Assembly: GCA_038062115.1 (NCBI GenBank)
Contig: JBBTXS010000028.1
Coordinates: 1 to 39,958, forward strand
From: Patescibacteria group bacterium
GTDB taxonomy: Bacteria > Patescibacteriota > Microgenomatia > Levybacterales > UBA12049
Length of the DNA stretch: 39,958 nucleotides
Reading direction: 5' to 3'
The notes under the pieces were generated by a model. It was not told where the DNA came from. It saw nothing but the letters and a program-made list of their open reading frames with translations, and did not search any database. Positions 25,727 to 33,829 of the stretch are shown one piece after another (the stretch's first letter is position 1; every line of letters begins with the position of its first letter). A program made the position numbers and the translations under genes.

Positions 25727-25858
25727 ATGGTAATTTCGTTAAAGTCAGTTAAAAATCAGGAAAAGGTAAATAATGTAAAAAGAGACATTGCGAAACTTGA
25801 CAAATTTTTAATTTTTTTGAATAAAATGGCAAAATTAAAGAAAAAAAAGAATTCATGA
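25727..25858 (+). CDS. Hypothetical 43-aa lysine-rich small ORF, stop overlapping the NDK-like start (ATGA)
   Basis: I translated it as MVISLKSVKNQEKVNNVKRDIAKLDKFLIFLNKMAKLKKKKNS; TGA 25856-25858 overlaps ATG 25855-25857. No homology evidence. Confidence 0.2.
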   Translation: MVISLKSVKNQEKVNNVKRDIAKLDKFLIFLNKMAKLKKKKNS

Positions 25859-26547
25859 GAAAACCAGAAATATTCCAGCAAATAGAAGCCCCACAAGCTT
25901 TTTCTACTCGAAGAAGAGCAAGTGAAGCTATACGTGGATTACAAGAGGGGTCGATAAATTTAGACCAACTAGAACAGATAAGATTAGTAAAAATTAAAGC
26001 ACTATTGGAGCATCCTGAGTTGCAAAATTTAATAGATGAAAATAAAATTACACTTGGAATTATTAAGCCTCATGTAAATGAAGGTAAAAATCTTCCAAAA
26101 GATGACGACGAAGCGGCTAAAGTATTGCTAAATGAAATAAGCGAAGAAAACGTAGTTTTTACTTTTTCTACACAACTAACTGGAAATCAAGTTGAAAGTT
26201 TTTATAGCGATGTAAAACAGAAATATTCTCAGATCACTACCAATGCACAGGGTCAAACAGTTTGGGATACTATTTATAATTTTGGACAATCAGGACCATT
26301 AACATTTCTTCTGATTTACAGAGAAGAGGGCAATGCTATTGAATGGTGGAGAAATAAGATGGGAAAGACAAGGCCAAACGAAGCAGATCCTGAAAGCATT
26401 AGGGGTAAATATGCTTTACAGGAAAAACTACCTAATAATTTAACTCATGGTAGCGATTCAGCTGAGTCTGTAAGAAAAGAAATTAAAGAATTAGGCAATA
26501 TTGTTGAGGCAATTTTAGAAACAAATGTTCCACATATAAATCAATGA
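25855..26547 (+). CDS. Divergent nucleoside-diphosphate kinase with about 60-aa N-terminal extension
   Basis: TLGIIKPHV (compare ..IKPD.V), SGPLTFL, ADPESIRGKYA and the active-site motif NLTHGSDSAESVRKEI (N..HGSDS.eSa.kEI). Confidence 0.7.
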   Translation: MRKPEIFQQIEAPQAFSTRRRASEAIRGLQEGSINLDQLEQIRLVKIKALLEHPELQNLIDENKITLGIIKPHVNEGKNLPKDDDEAAKVLLNEISEENVVFTFSTQLTGNQVESFYSDVKQKYSQITTNAQGQTVWDTIYNFGQSGPLTFLLIYREEGNAIEWWRNKMGKTRPNEADPESIRGKYALQEKLPNNLTHGSDSAESVRKEIKELGNIVEAILETNVPHINQ

Positions 26548-26556
26548 CTTTCCTCA

Positions 26557-27144
26557 TTAGAAAGTTGTTATTTTTTCCCTTAAGTTGCTCGGTAAAGATT
26601 TTAACTCGTCAGGATTTAAAAAACCACTAGAAAGAAAAATTGCACTCACCCTATCAAGATCTAGTGGATAAGGTACAGTAACTATTCCTGTAGTGGGTTG
26701 GTACGTCACTGAGTGTTTAAACAGTATTGTTTCTGCCATCAAACCATCGCTTAGACGTTCTATCCTGAGATTATGTTGCCTGCCTATTCGTTTCATTTGC
26801 TCCGTATAGCTTTCCGATGGTATAGATAGCCAATCACCATCTATAGTATCTCTATCAAAGAGATAATATGCCCCAGACTTGTAATGCATAAGGGCTGTTA
26901 AACAATCTCCTAGAAACACACCATAGCTACCCATTTGACCAGATTGCGGCTGGAAGTTTCGTTGATTTATGTCTAATAAACGATTTTTGTTAGATTCATC
27001 TCTTAATAACCATCTCTGTGGAATTTTAGCATTTGGGTTAGGATTTTTTGGTATATCTAGTCCATTCTCATCGAGCACCCTTTTTAGGGGTAACATTCTA
27101 TCTCTATGATTTTCTAAAAATTTTCTTTTTGATTCTGCTGTCAT
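26557..27144 (-). CDS. Orphan protein; weak Cys/His papain-like (C39/BtrH-like) hydrolase pattern
   Basis: QPQSGQMGSYGVFLGDCLTALMHYKSG resembles the Q...C..a..M..y.G nucleophile context. A later ILFKHSVTY...VTVPYPLD is a possible His/Asp. This is pattern-level evidence only. Confidence 0.3.
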   Translation of the reverse strand: MTAESKRKFLENHRDRMLPLKRVLDENGLDIPKNPNPNAKIPQRWLLRDESNKNRLLDINQRNFQPQSGQMGSYGVFLGDCLTALMHYKSGAYYLFDRDTIDGDWLSIPSESYTEQMKRIGRQHNLRIERLSDGLMAETILFKHSVTYQPTTGIVTVPYPLDLDRVSAIFLSSGFLNPDELKSLPSNLREKITTF

Positions 27145-27235
27145 ATGGTAAGATATTATCTGAATATAAAAACGTAAGTATTATAGATAAGATTATCTTA
27201 AAGTTCAATAAGTGTGGCTCAATATTATTATATTT

Positions 27236-28366
27236 CTATAATATTGTTGGTATATTTTTTTCTACAAAGGCTTGGAAAGATAATGCTTCTAATACATCGC
27301 GATAACTAAAATCACCCCTAACAATTCCCAGAGACATAATTTTTGCCCATCGTATGTTCATTTCGCCAACTAACTCGGCTTTTTCTTTCGGAGACAAGGC
27401 TGGTGAATTTGCTGCATAGCCCTTGATAAAAGCTTTTGCTTTTTCTAGATTTAATGACGTTGTGATAGGCTTTCGCAAGGTTGAAGTAGTTCCTGCATAA
27501 CTAAGTCCATCGCAAAATGAGATTACAGCGCCTGCAAGATCTCTTATTCTAGGACGATAGTCAACATTATCAAAATCATTTACAGCAACAACAGTGCCGT
27601 TTTTATCATAAACTAAATTAAATGGCGCATAATCTGCATGATTTACAAGGTATGGCACATCCTGATCCATCTGTCCACTGTACTTATCAACTATATCTTT
27701 TAAAGCCAGGACTGCTTTTTGCTTCCATTCATCATCTTGCGCTCCTTTTAATTGGTCAGCCATGTTAATAAACTGTAAGGTATCTTCTCCCGCATATCTT
27801 TTACGGAGATCTGGAAAATCAAATTCTTTAGATAGAAGGTGTATCTTGCCAAGTGTAGCTCCTGCATTTGCAGTATCTTGTATACTACCATTAAATATTC
27901 TTCCTTCCTTAAATTCTGTAGTTAAAAAGTGTGTTTCTCCAATTTGGAGATATGGATTTCCAGATTTTGTATTAATAATTCTTGGGACAAAGTCTGTTCT
28001 ATGAGAAAGAAATTGCTGAAATCGCGCAGAAAGAGAAAGATTATATGGATTACAAGAATATTTGGGCTTTTCTTTTATAAAGTATTTGTGTTTTCCATCA
28101 TCTATAATAACTTTCCTACTTGTTGTCGAAAAAGCAGTTGGAAATTCTGAGCCAAAGTTACTGTCTATACCATATTCTTCGCTCATAATTTTTTTTAAAG
28201 AATCATTTACTCCTAATAGAAGAAGGTCTGAGGAGTTTAAATCTCTTCCATGTACAGCTGGTTTCTTCTCTATTTCTGATGTCTGATTTGGTGCAATAAT
28301 CTCGGCTCCAATTTTAGATTTACCAGGTGCTGGAAGACCTAGCAGTTTAGGAAAATGCTCATTCAT
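27236..28366 (-). CDS. APH/choline-kinase-fold phosphotransferase (paralog 2)
   Basis: NHADYAPFN and VNDFDN motifs. YFIKEKPKYS, FLTTEFKEGRIFNGS and STTSRKVII mirror FFLKEKPEYS, FLTEYKKGRVFNGS and FTSRKAII of paralog 1. Confidence 0.75.
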   Translation of the reverse strand: MNEHFPKLLGLPAPGKSKIGAEIIAPNQTSEIEKKPAVHGRDLNSSDLLLLGVNDSLKKIMSEEYGIDSNFGSEFPTAFSTTSRKVIIDDGKHKYFIKEKPKYSCNPYNLSLSARFQQFLSHRTDFVPRIINTKSGNPYLQIGETHFLTTEFKEGRIFNGSIQDTANAGATLGKIHLLSKEFDFPDLRKRYAGEDTLQFINMADQLKGAQDDEWKQKAVLALKDIVDKYSGQMDQDVPYLVNHADYAPFNLVYDKNGTVVAVNDFDNVDYRPRIRDLAGAVISFCDGLSYAGTTSTLRKPITTSLNLEKAKAFIKGYAANSPALSPKEKAELVGEMNIRWAKIMSLGIVRGDFSYRDVLEALSFQAFVEKNIPTIL

Positions 28367-28372
28367 AGAAAT

Positions 28373-28831
28373 TTATTTTTTGGGAAACGCCACATCTAAA
28401 GCGTGGAAAAGTAATGGGTATATAAAAAGTGTTCGTGCCCTTACTTCATTAACCCATTCCAGCTCTGCTGCTACTTTGCCCTCTTCGACACTGTATCTTT
28501 CGAACTCCCCTAACCACTCGGAGACCTCGTAAATATAAAAAATTGACTTTCTTTGTTCTACGGTAAATTCTGATAAATATTCGTATTTTATCGGTGTTAT
28601 CTTTCCTCTGAATTCTTCATCAATTTCCCTTCGTAAAGCAACCTCTCTATAATCTCCTTTGTCTCCGGCTGCTATTCTATCTCTCATTTCTATTGAGCCA
28701 TTCGGAATATATGGCTCAGGAGGTTCTTTATCAAATCTGTGCTCAATCAGTAGCTGATTGTTTCTTTTAAACACAAACATTACTGCCTCCGATTTACCAT
28801 CCCTATAAGAGTATTGTGGTTTTTCTTTCAT
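28373..28831 (-). CDS. Nudix-like hydrolase (non-canonical Nudix box)
   Basis: ALRREIDEEFRG fits the REUxEExGU half of the Nudix box. The preceding G...E part is expanded (GSIEMRDRIAAGDKGDYRE). Confidence 0.55.
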   Translation of the reverse strand: MKEKPQYSYRDGKSEAVMFVFKRNNQLLIEHRFDKEPPEPYIPNGSIEMRDRIAAGDKGDYREVALRREIDEEFRGKITPIKYEYLSEFTVEQRKSIFYIYEVSEWLGEFERYSVEEGKVAAELEWVNEVRARTLFIYPLLFHALDVAFPKK

Positions 28832-29047
28832 TTAAATACATAAAACAGCTGATGAAGTATAAAGTAAAATGTTTTTGAAGTCAAATATTTTGAAGATGAT
28901 TAAGTGAATTTACTGTTTTTAGCGCATACTTATTGTTCTCTCCGTCAACTATGTAATGGAACATCTCAGTTGTCGTAGCACTTTGACATCTCAACTGTCG
29001 TAGATAAAAACGGAGTATGCTCATCTCCTAAAAAAGGAGGTGAGTAA

Positions 29048-29884
29048 ATGAAAAAACCTATAGGAAAACGTCTTGATGTAATCAAAGGGTTGCTTTCAGG
29101 AGAAATCAATATTTCTAAGGCAACAAATCTTTTATCTTGTTCACGAAGAAGTATTGAGAGATACAAAAAGGCATTTGTCCAAAAAGGAGAGGCTGGATTA
29201 AAAGATCATAGACATAGCAATTATCGAAAACTCTCCGAGAAACAAAAAGAAGATATTATTGCTTTAAAACAAAAGGATAGATGGCGTTCGGCGCGAAACA
29301 TTCGAGATGAGCTAAAACTTTCTCTAAGCGAACATCAGGTTCAAAGAATTTTAGTTGCTAAAGGATTAGGAAGGGAAAATTTAAAGAGAGTAAAAGCGAT
29401 TATCCGTTTTGAAGCAACAGCTCCCAATGATCTGTGGCAAACAGATATTATGGGAAAGATTGATTTTCCAAATATTAGTATCCTTTACCTTATCGCAACT
29501 CTTGATGACCATAGTAGATTTGTACCAGCAGGAAGATGGTTTAAAACTCAAGGAAAGATGAATGTGTTTCAAATCTGGTATGAATCTCTTTCTAAATGCG
29601 GACTTCCTGATAAGATGCTTCAAGATGAGGGATCACAATACAAAGCAAGAGCAAGGTTTGGTACAGCAGATTACGAGTGGTATGCAAAACAGGCAGGTAT
29701 CAAGCTCATCTGGGCAAACAGGGCGGAAACTAAAGGAAAAATAGAGAGATTCTGGAAGTTTGTACAGGGAGATTTTGTGCCATCCGTCATCAATGCGAAA
29801 ACCATAGAGGAGGTAAACGGCGCTTTTAAAATATGGCTTGCTAATACAATGGGTCTAGATAACTTTAGAACGGTTTTTCTCTAA
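29048..29884 (+). pseudogene. IS481/IS3-like DDE (rve) transposase, 3' end disrupted by IS1595 insertion
   Basis: Strong SD (AAAGGAGGTGA) before the ATG; HTH N-terminus; DDE residues in WQTDIMG, LQDEGSQY and KGKIERFW. The expected W..YN..RPH tail is replaced after KIWLANT, exactly at the left IR of the inserted element. Confidence 0.7.
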
Positions 29885-30590
29885 AGTCTTTCAGTAACTC
29901 TTTGTACATATTACCATTATTTATTCTAATATTCCACCGGTATTCGGATTCTTTTAAATGCAGTAAAAATTTAGTTCTGTGAATACCGTTAAATTTCAAT
30001 AATCTTCTTTTAGTATAACTCCAAAAAGATTCAATGCCATTGACATGATTTTTTCCTCTGGCAAATTCGTTTTCATGGTGATGGATACGGTAATGTTTGT
30101 ATCCGTTTAACACCAATCCGTCATAAGATTTCCAGCCATCAGTATAAATAGTTGTGTCTGCAAGAATTTTACCTTTAATAATAGGCATTAGTTCATGTCT
30201 AGAGCAGTTTGGGATGATCTGAGTATAATACTCTGCCTTTTCTTTTTAATAAACCCACTACAGGAGTTTTTCCTTTTGCTCCTCTTCCCCGTTTTCCTCT
30301 AACTCTTCTTGCTCCAAAGTAACTTTCGTCAATTTCCACCTCTTTGTCTAAAAGATTACTGTCAATTAAAAGTAATATTCTTTTTCTAAACAGAGCATAG
30401 AGTTTATTAATTGTAATCCTTGAAATTCCAGTGGCATCGCTTACAGCAAATGCTGTATAATCTTTACAGAATAACCTTAAAATCTGTCTAAATTTCTTTT
30501 CAGAAATATGGGAACGATTAAAATACTTATTTTTCATTGTCTAGACAATCTATTCTAACATATTGAGTTAGCTAAGCTTATCTAGACCCA
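29850..30590 (-). mobile_element. IS1595-family insertion sequence (741 bp) with frameshifted transposase
   Basis: Perfect 13-bp terminal inverted repeats: TGGGTCTAGATAA (29850-29862) and TTATCTAGACCCA (30578-30590). ORFs 30199..30537 and 29865..30188 (IYTDGWKSYDGL...HVNGIESFWSYTKRR). The downstream frame continues upstream as YYTQIIPNCSRHELMPII, so there is a 1-nt indel near GTATTATAC. Confidence 0.8.
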
Positions 30591-30702
30591 AACATAATAT
30601 ATTAGTCAATTAATTGCTAATAATTTAATTCAGGCGTATAATTTTGCTACAGAATTTATGGATGGCTTAGAATGGGATTTAGTGTAAAATGATAGCTTCA
30701 AA

Positions 30703-31323
30703 GTGGGCAACGATGATTTCTCTTCTTTAGAGATACATCCAACTCCTAGTAATGGGTTTTATTACTTCTTTTATCAAAAAGAAAATAGGTTAATAAAGCG
30801 ATTTGTGCTCCTCGAAAAAGACCGAGTTGACTATTTATGCACGGTAGTTCTTATTAAGAAAAATGATAAATTTTCTCCACGGCTAGCTCTTTCTATAAGA
30901 GATAAACGTAGAAAAATATTAGAGGAAAACTCTGAAAAACCTACAAAAATTAAGGCAAGTGTTAATCTGGACGATTGTTATGAAAATTTTTGGAGATTGG
31001 TTGCTTTTTTACAATCTCTTCGTGATAAAATAGAAATTCCGCAAGGCAGTTTTTCTTTGGTATCGGCAGAAGAAGGAGAAATTATCAAAGCAATTCAAGG
31101 AAGAGATGCCAAAAGTATAACAAGAATTATCAAAGAGTTATCTAAAATTGAAGGAGTTACTTTATCAGAAAGATATCGAGCAGATTCTCGATAGGAAAGG
31201 GAAGTTATCAGAATTCAAGACTAGCATTACAGTTAAAGCAAGCGATGAAAGTTGGTGGCAAGACTTTTTTGAAAATAATAAATGGATCTTCGGATATGGT
31301 TTAACTTTACAAATAAAAATATA
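30703..31323 (+). pseudogene. Shedu/DUF4263-like nuclease remnant (frameshifted, C-terminally truncated)
   Basis: ORF 30703..31194 stops, but a shift at the A-run in GAAAGAT continues as DIEQILDRKGKLSEFKTSITVKASDESWWQDFFENNKWIFGYGL. That resembles the E..WQ.FF..N.WIFG block preceding the DUF4263 nuclease core. The core itself is absent. Confidence 0.4.
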
Positions 31324-31437
31324 GAGTCTATAGATAAGGAATTTGCTCATCCGTTAAAGCAAAAGAGCTGAGTATATATTAAAATAGTCTTATATTGATT
31401 TATGCTTATCTCGACAAATCCCTGAATAAGTTAAAAT

Positions 31438-32565
31438 ACATTTGCGACATTTCAGATAGTGGCAAGTAGTACCGGAGTATCTACGAAAGCATACCCAATA
31501 TTTAGTAGAATCAAAGGCTGGAAGGAGGCGCTAAGTATGCTTTCCAGTCTAAGAGGGTACTCTTTATCTGAAGTTGCAAAGAAAAGAATGGAGATTATTA
31601 ACTTTTATGATGAGTTTGGAGAAGAGGCAACAATGAAAGCTTTTGGAGCAGACCGTAAGGTTATTAGTCGTTGGAGAAAGCGATTGGCAAAAAGTGGAGG
31701 AAGATTAGAATCTTTAATTCCTTACTCAACAAAACCTAAAACTGTAAGGAGAGTAAGCTATAGTCAAAAGATTGTTGATTTTATCAAACAATACAGAAAA
31801 GATCATCCAAGAACTGGTAAGGAGAAAATTAAAATAGAGCTTGATGAACATTGCGCAAATGTGGGAATCAAAACTGTATCGGAGTCAACAATTGGCAATA
31901 TCATCAAAAGGCATAAATTCTTTTTCCAAAAGTCTGGCAGAATCTATCATAACCCAAACTCTAAATGGGCTAGAAATGAGGCTAAAAAGAAAAAGAGACT
32001 TAGGGTTAAACATCCGCCAAAACTCGATAATTTTGGCCATATACAATCAGATGCTGTACAAAGAATAACTGATGGGATAAAAGATTATTTCATTTCTGCT
32101 ATTGATGCCAAGATGAAATTTATCTTAACCTTAAATTACAAAAGTTTAACTAGCCGTAACAATAAAGACTTTTATCAAAGATTTAAAAGTGTTTATCCAG
32201 GAAGAATTAAAGACTGGCAGTCAGATAATGGTTCGGAGAATCTTGGGGAGTTTGACCAACAGTTAACAGAGGATCAAATTCCCCATCTTTTCTCATATCC
32301 TAGATGTCCTAAGATTAATACATACATTGAAAGATACAACAGAACTGTTCAAGAGGAATTCATTGACAACAACTTAGACATTATTCATGACAAAATACTT
32401 TTTAATCAAAAACTGGTCGATTACCTAATTTGGTACAATTCTAAAAGGCCACATAAATCATTGGGTCTTAAAAGCCCGTTACAATATCTTCTTGAGAAAG
32501 GAGGTATGTCGCAAATGTCCTTGACTTATACAATCCCTGTACAATTTACGAATGATATGGTATAG
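31438..32565 (+). mobile_element. IS481/IS3-like insertion sequence with apparently intact DDE transposase (CDS 31459..32565)
   Basis: 13-bp inverted repeat ACATTTGCGACAT (31438-31450) / ATGTCGCAAATGT (32506-32518). The 368-aa ORF has HIQSDAV, DWQSDNGSE, YIERYNRTVQEEF and WYNSKRPHKSLG (rve core). The ORF reads through the right IR by 47 nt. Confidence 0.7.
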
Positions 32566-32596
32566 TGGAAACCGTAAATAATAGTGGAATAAGCTT

Positions 32597-33829
32597 ATGT
32601 CTTTCTCAAGCCATGAAAGGGTACAACCACAACCTATGAGTAGTTTACTAAAAGCAAAGTTAGAAGTACCCTTGGAAAATCCAAATCTTCTAATGCCGCT
32701 CAAGTTCGAGGTGTCTTCTCCTGAAAAGATTGAAAGACTTTTGTCTGTCAACGACCTCACCTTGCCAACCGAAGAGAGACAAGAAAGAAATATAGTTGGT
32801 CGAGTTTACGACCAAGTGATTAGCAAATTAAGAGAACATAATTTCCCCGATATACGCATTATAAGAGGTGACCCTATTGTAAAAGCAAGAGACAATTTTG
32901 ACAGGCTGTTGTTTACTCCTGGGAATCCAGGAAGGTCATCTACATATACAAGGTATACTGACGAAGATCATGTTCTTAGGACTCATACATCAGCACTAAT
33001 CCCGTCTACGTTTTCTAAATTAGAAAAAGACATAGATCGTTCAACTCTCGTGTTTCCTGGCTTAGTTTATAGGCGCGACGTTATTGACCCTAGACACTTA
33101 GATGTTTTTCATCAGATAGACGTATGGACACTTCAAAAAAATAGTGAATATGGACGGACAACCAAAGAAGATTTATTAGAATTAGCAAAAACAGTTTTTG
33201 AAGCGGCATGTCCAGATGCAAAGATGATTGTTTATGAGGCTAAACATCCATATACAGTTGATGGTATTGAAGTTTACGCTGGAATTGATGGCAAAGAAAT
33301 AGAAGTTCTTGAGGCAGGCCTTACCCATCCAGAGGTGTTAAGAAATGCCGGTATAGATCCAGAGCAGTACTCTGGGTTAGCGTTAGGTATGGGGATAGAA
33401 CGGCTAATTATGGCTAGGAAAAACTTGCCAGATATAAGATTGATACGATCTGTTGATCCACGCGTTATTAGACAAATGACAAATATGGAAAAGTTTATAA
33501 ACGTATCTAATCAGCCAGCAATGTCTCGAGATATGTCATATTGCGTTAGTAAAAACGACTCAGAAGAAGACATTTGCGAAGCAATCAGAAGTGTCTTTGG
33601 AGATAATTCTGACTTATTAGAGCAAGTGGATATCCTAGAAAGAACTCCTTTCGATAAGTTGACCCCAATTGCAAGAAAGAGGCTTGGGGCAACAATAGAC
33701 AAAGATAATGTTTTAGTAAGAATTATCTTACGGCATCCCGACAAGACTTTAACTAAAAAAGAGGCTGCTGACTTATATTCTATGACATATCCAAAGCTTC
33801 ATCAGGGTACTACAAAAGGATATGGATAA
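32597..33829 (+). CDS. Monomeric (mitochondrial-type) phenylalanyl-tRNA synthetase: class IIc catalytic core plus C-terminal FDX-ACB anticodon-binding domain
   Basis: NFDRLLFTPGNPGRS, LRTHTSA, motif 2 GLVYRRDVIDPRHLDVFHQID and motif 3 GLALGMGIERLIMARKNLPDIRLI. Then QPAMSRDMSYCV...LEQVDILERT...VRIILRHPDKTLTKKEA, which parallels the FDX-ACB domain of PheT and mitochondrial PheRS. 410 aa. Confidence 0.75.
   Translation: MSFSSHERVQPQPMSSLLKAKLEVPLENPNLLMPLKFEVSSPEKIERLLSVNDLTLPTEERQERNIVGRVYDQVISKLREHNFPDIRIIRGDPIVKARDNFDRLLFTPGNPGRSSTYTRYTDEDHVLRTHTSALIPSTFSKLEKDIDRSTLVFPGLVYRRDVIDPRHLDVFHQIDVWTLQKNSEYGRTTKEDLLELAKTVFEAACPDAKMIVYEAKHPYTVDGIEVYAGIDGKEIEVLEAGLTHPEVLRNAGIDPEQYSGLALGMGIERLIMARKNLPDIRLIRSVDPRVIRQMTNMEKFINVSNQPAMSRDMSYCVSKNDSEEDICEAIRSVFGDNSDLLEQVDILERTPFDKLTPIARKRLGATIDKDNVLVRIILRHPDKTLTKKEAADLYSMTYPKLHQGTTKGYG

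Noticed and set aside
29842-30598. Target-site duplications flanking the IS1595 element and the IS at 31438-32518
   Set aside because: The 8-bp flanks differ (TAATACAA versus AACATAAT; GTTAAAAT versus CCTTGACT). No TSD can be claimed, so either the ends are slightly different from my call or the flanks were rearranged.
32597-33829. PheRS-like gene as the self-resistance (target-copy) gene of the 19.7-28.8 kb island
   Set aside because: It is separated from the island by three IS elements. Its composition (about 40% G+C in my spot count) matches core genes rather than the AT-rich island, and the island ligase is Asn/Asp-type rather than Phe-type. I keep it only as a possibility to test, not as a claim.
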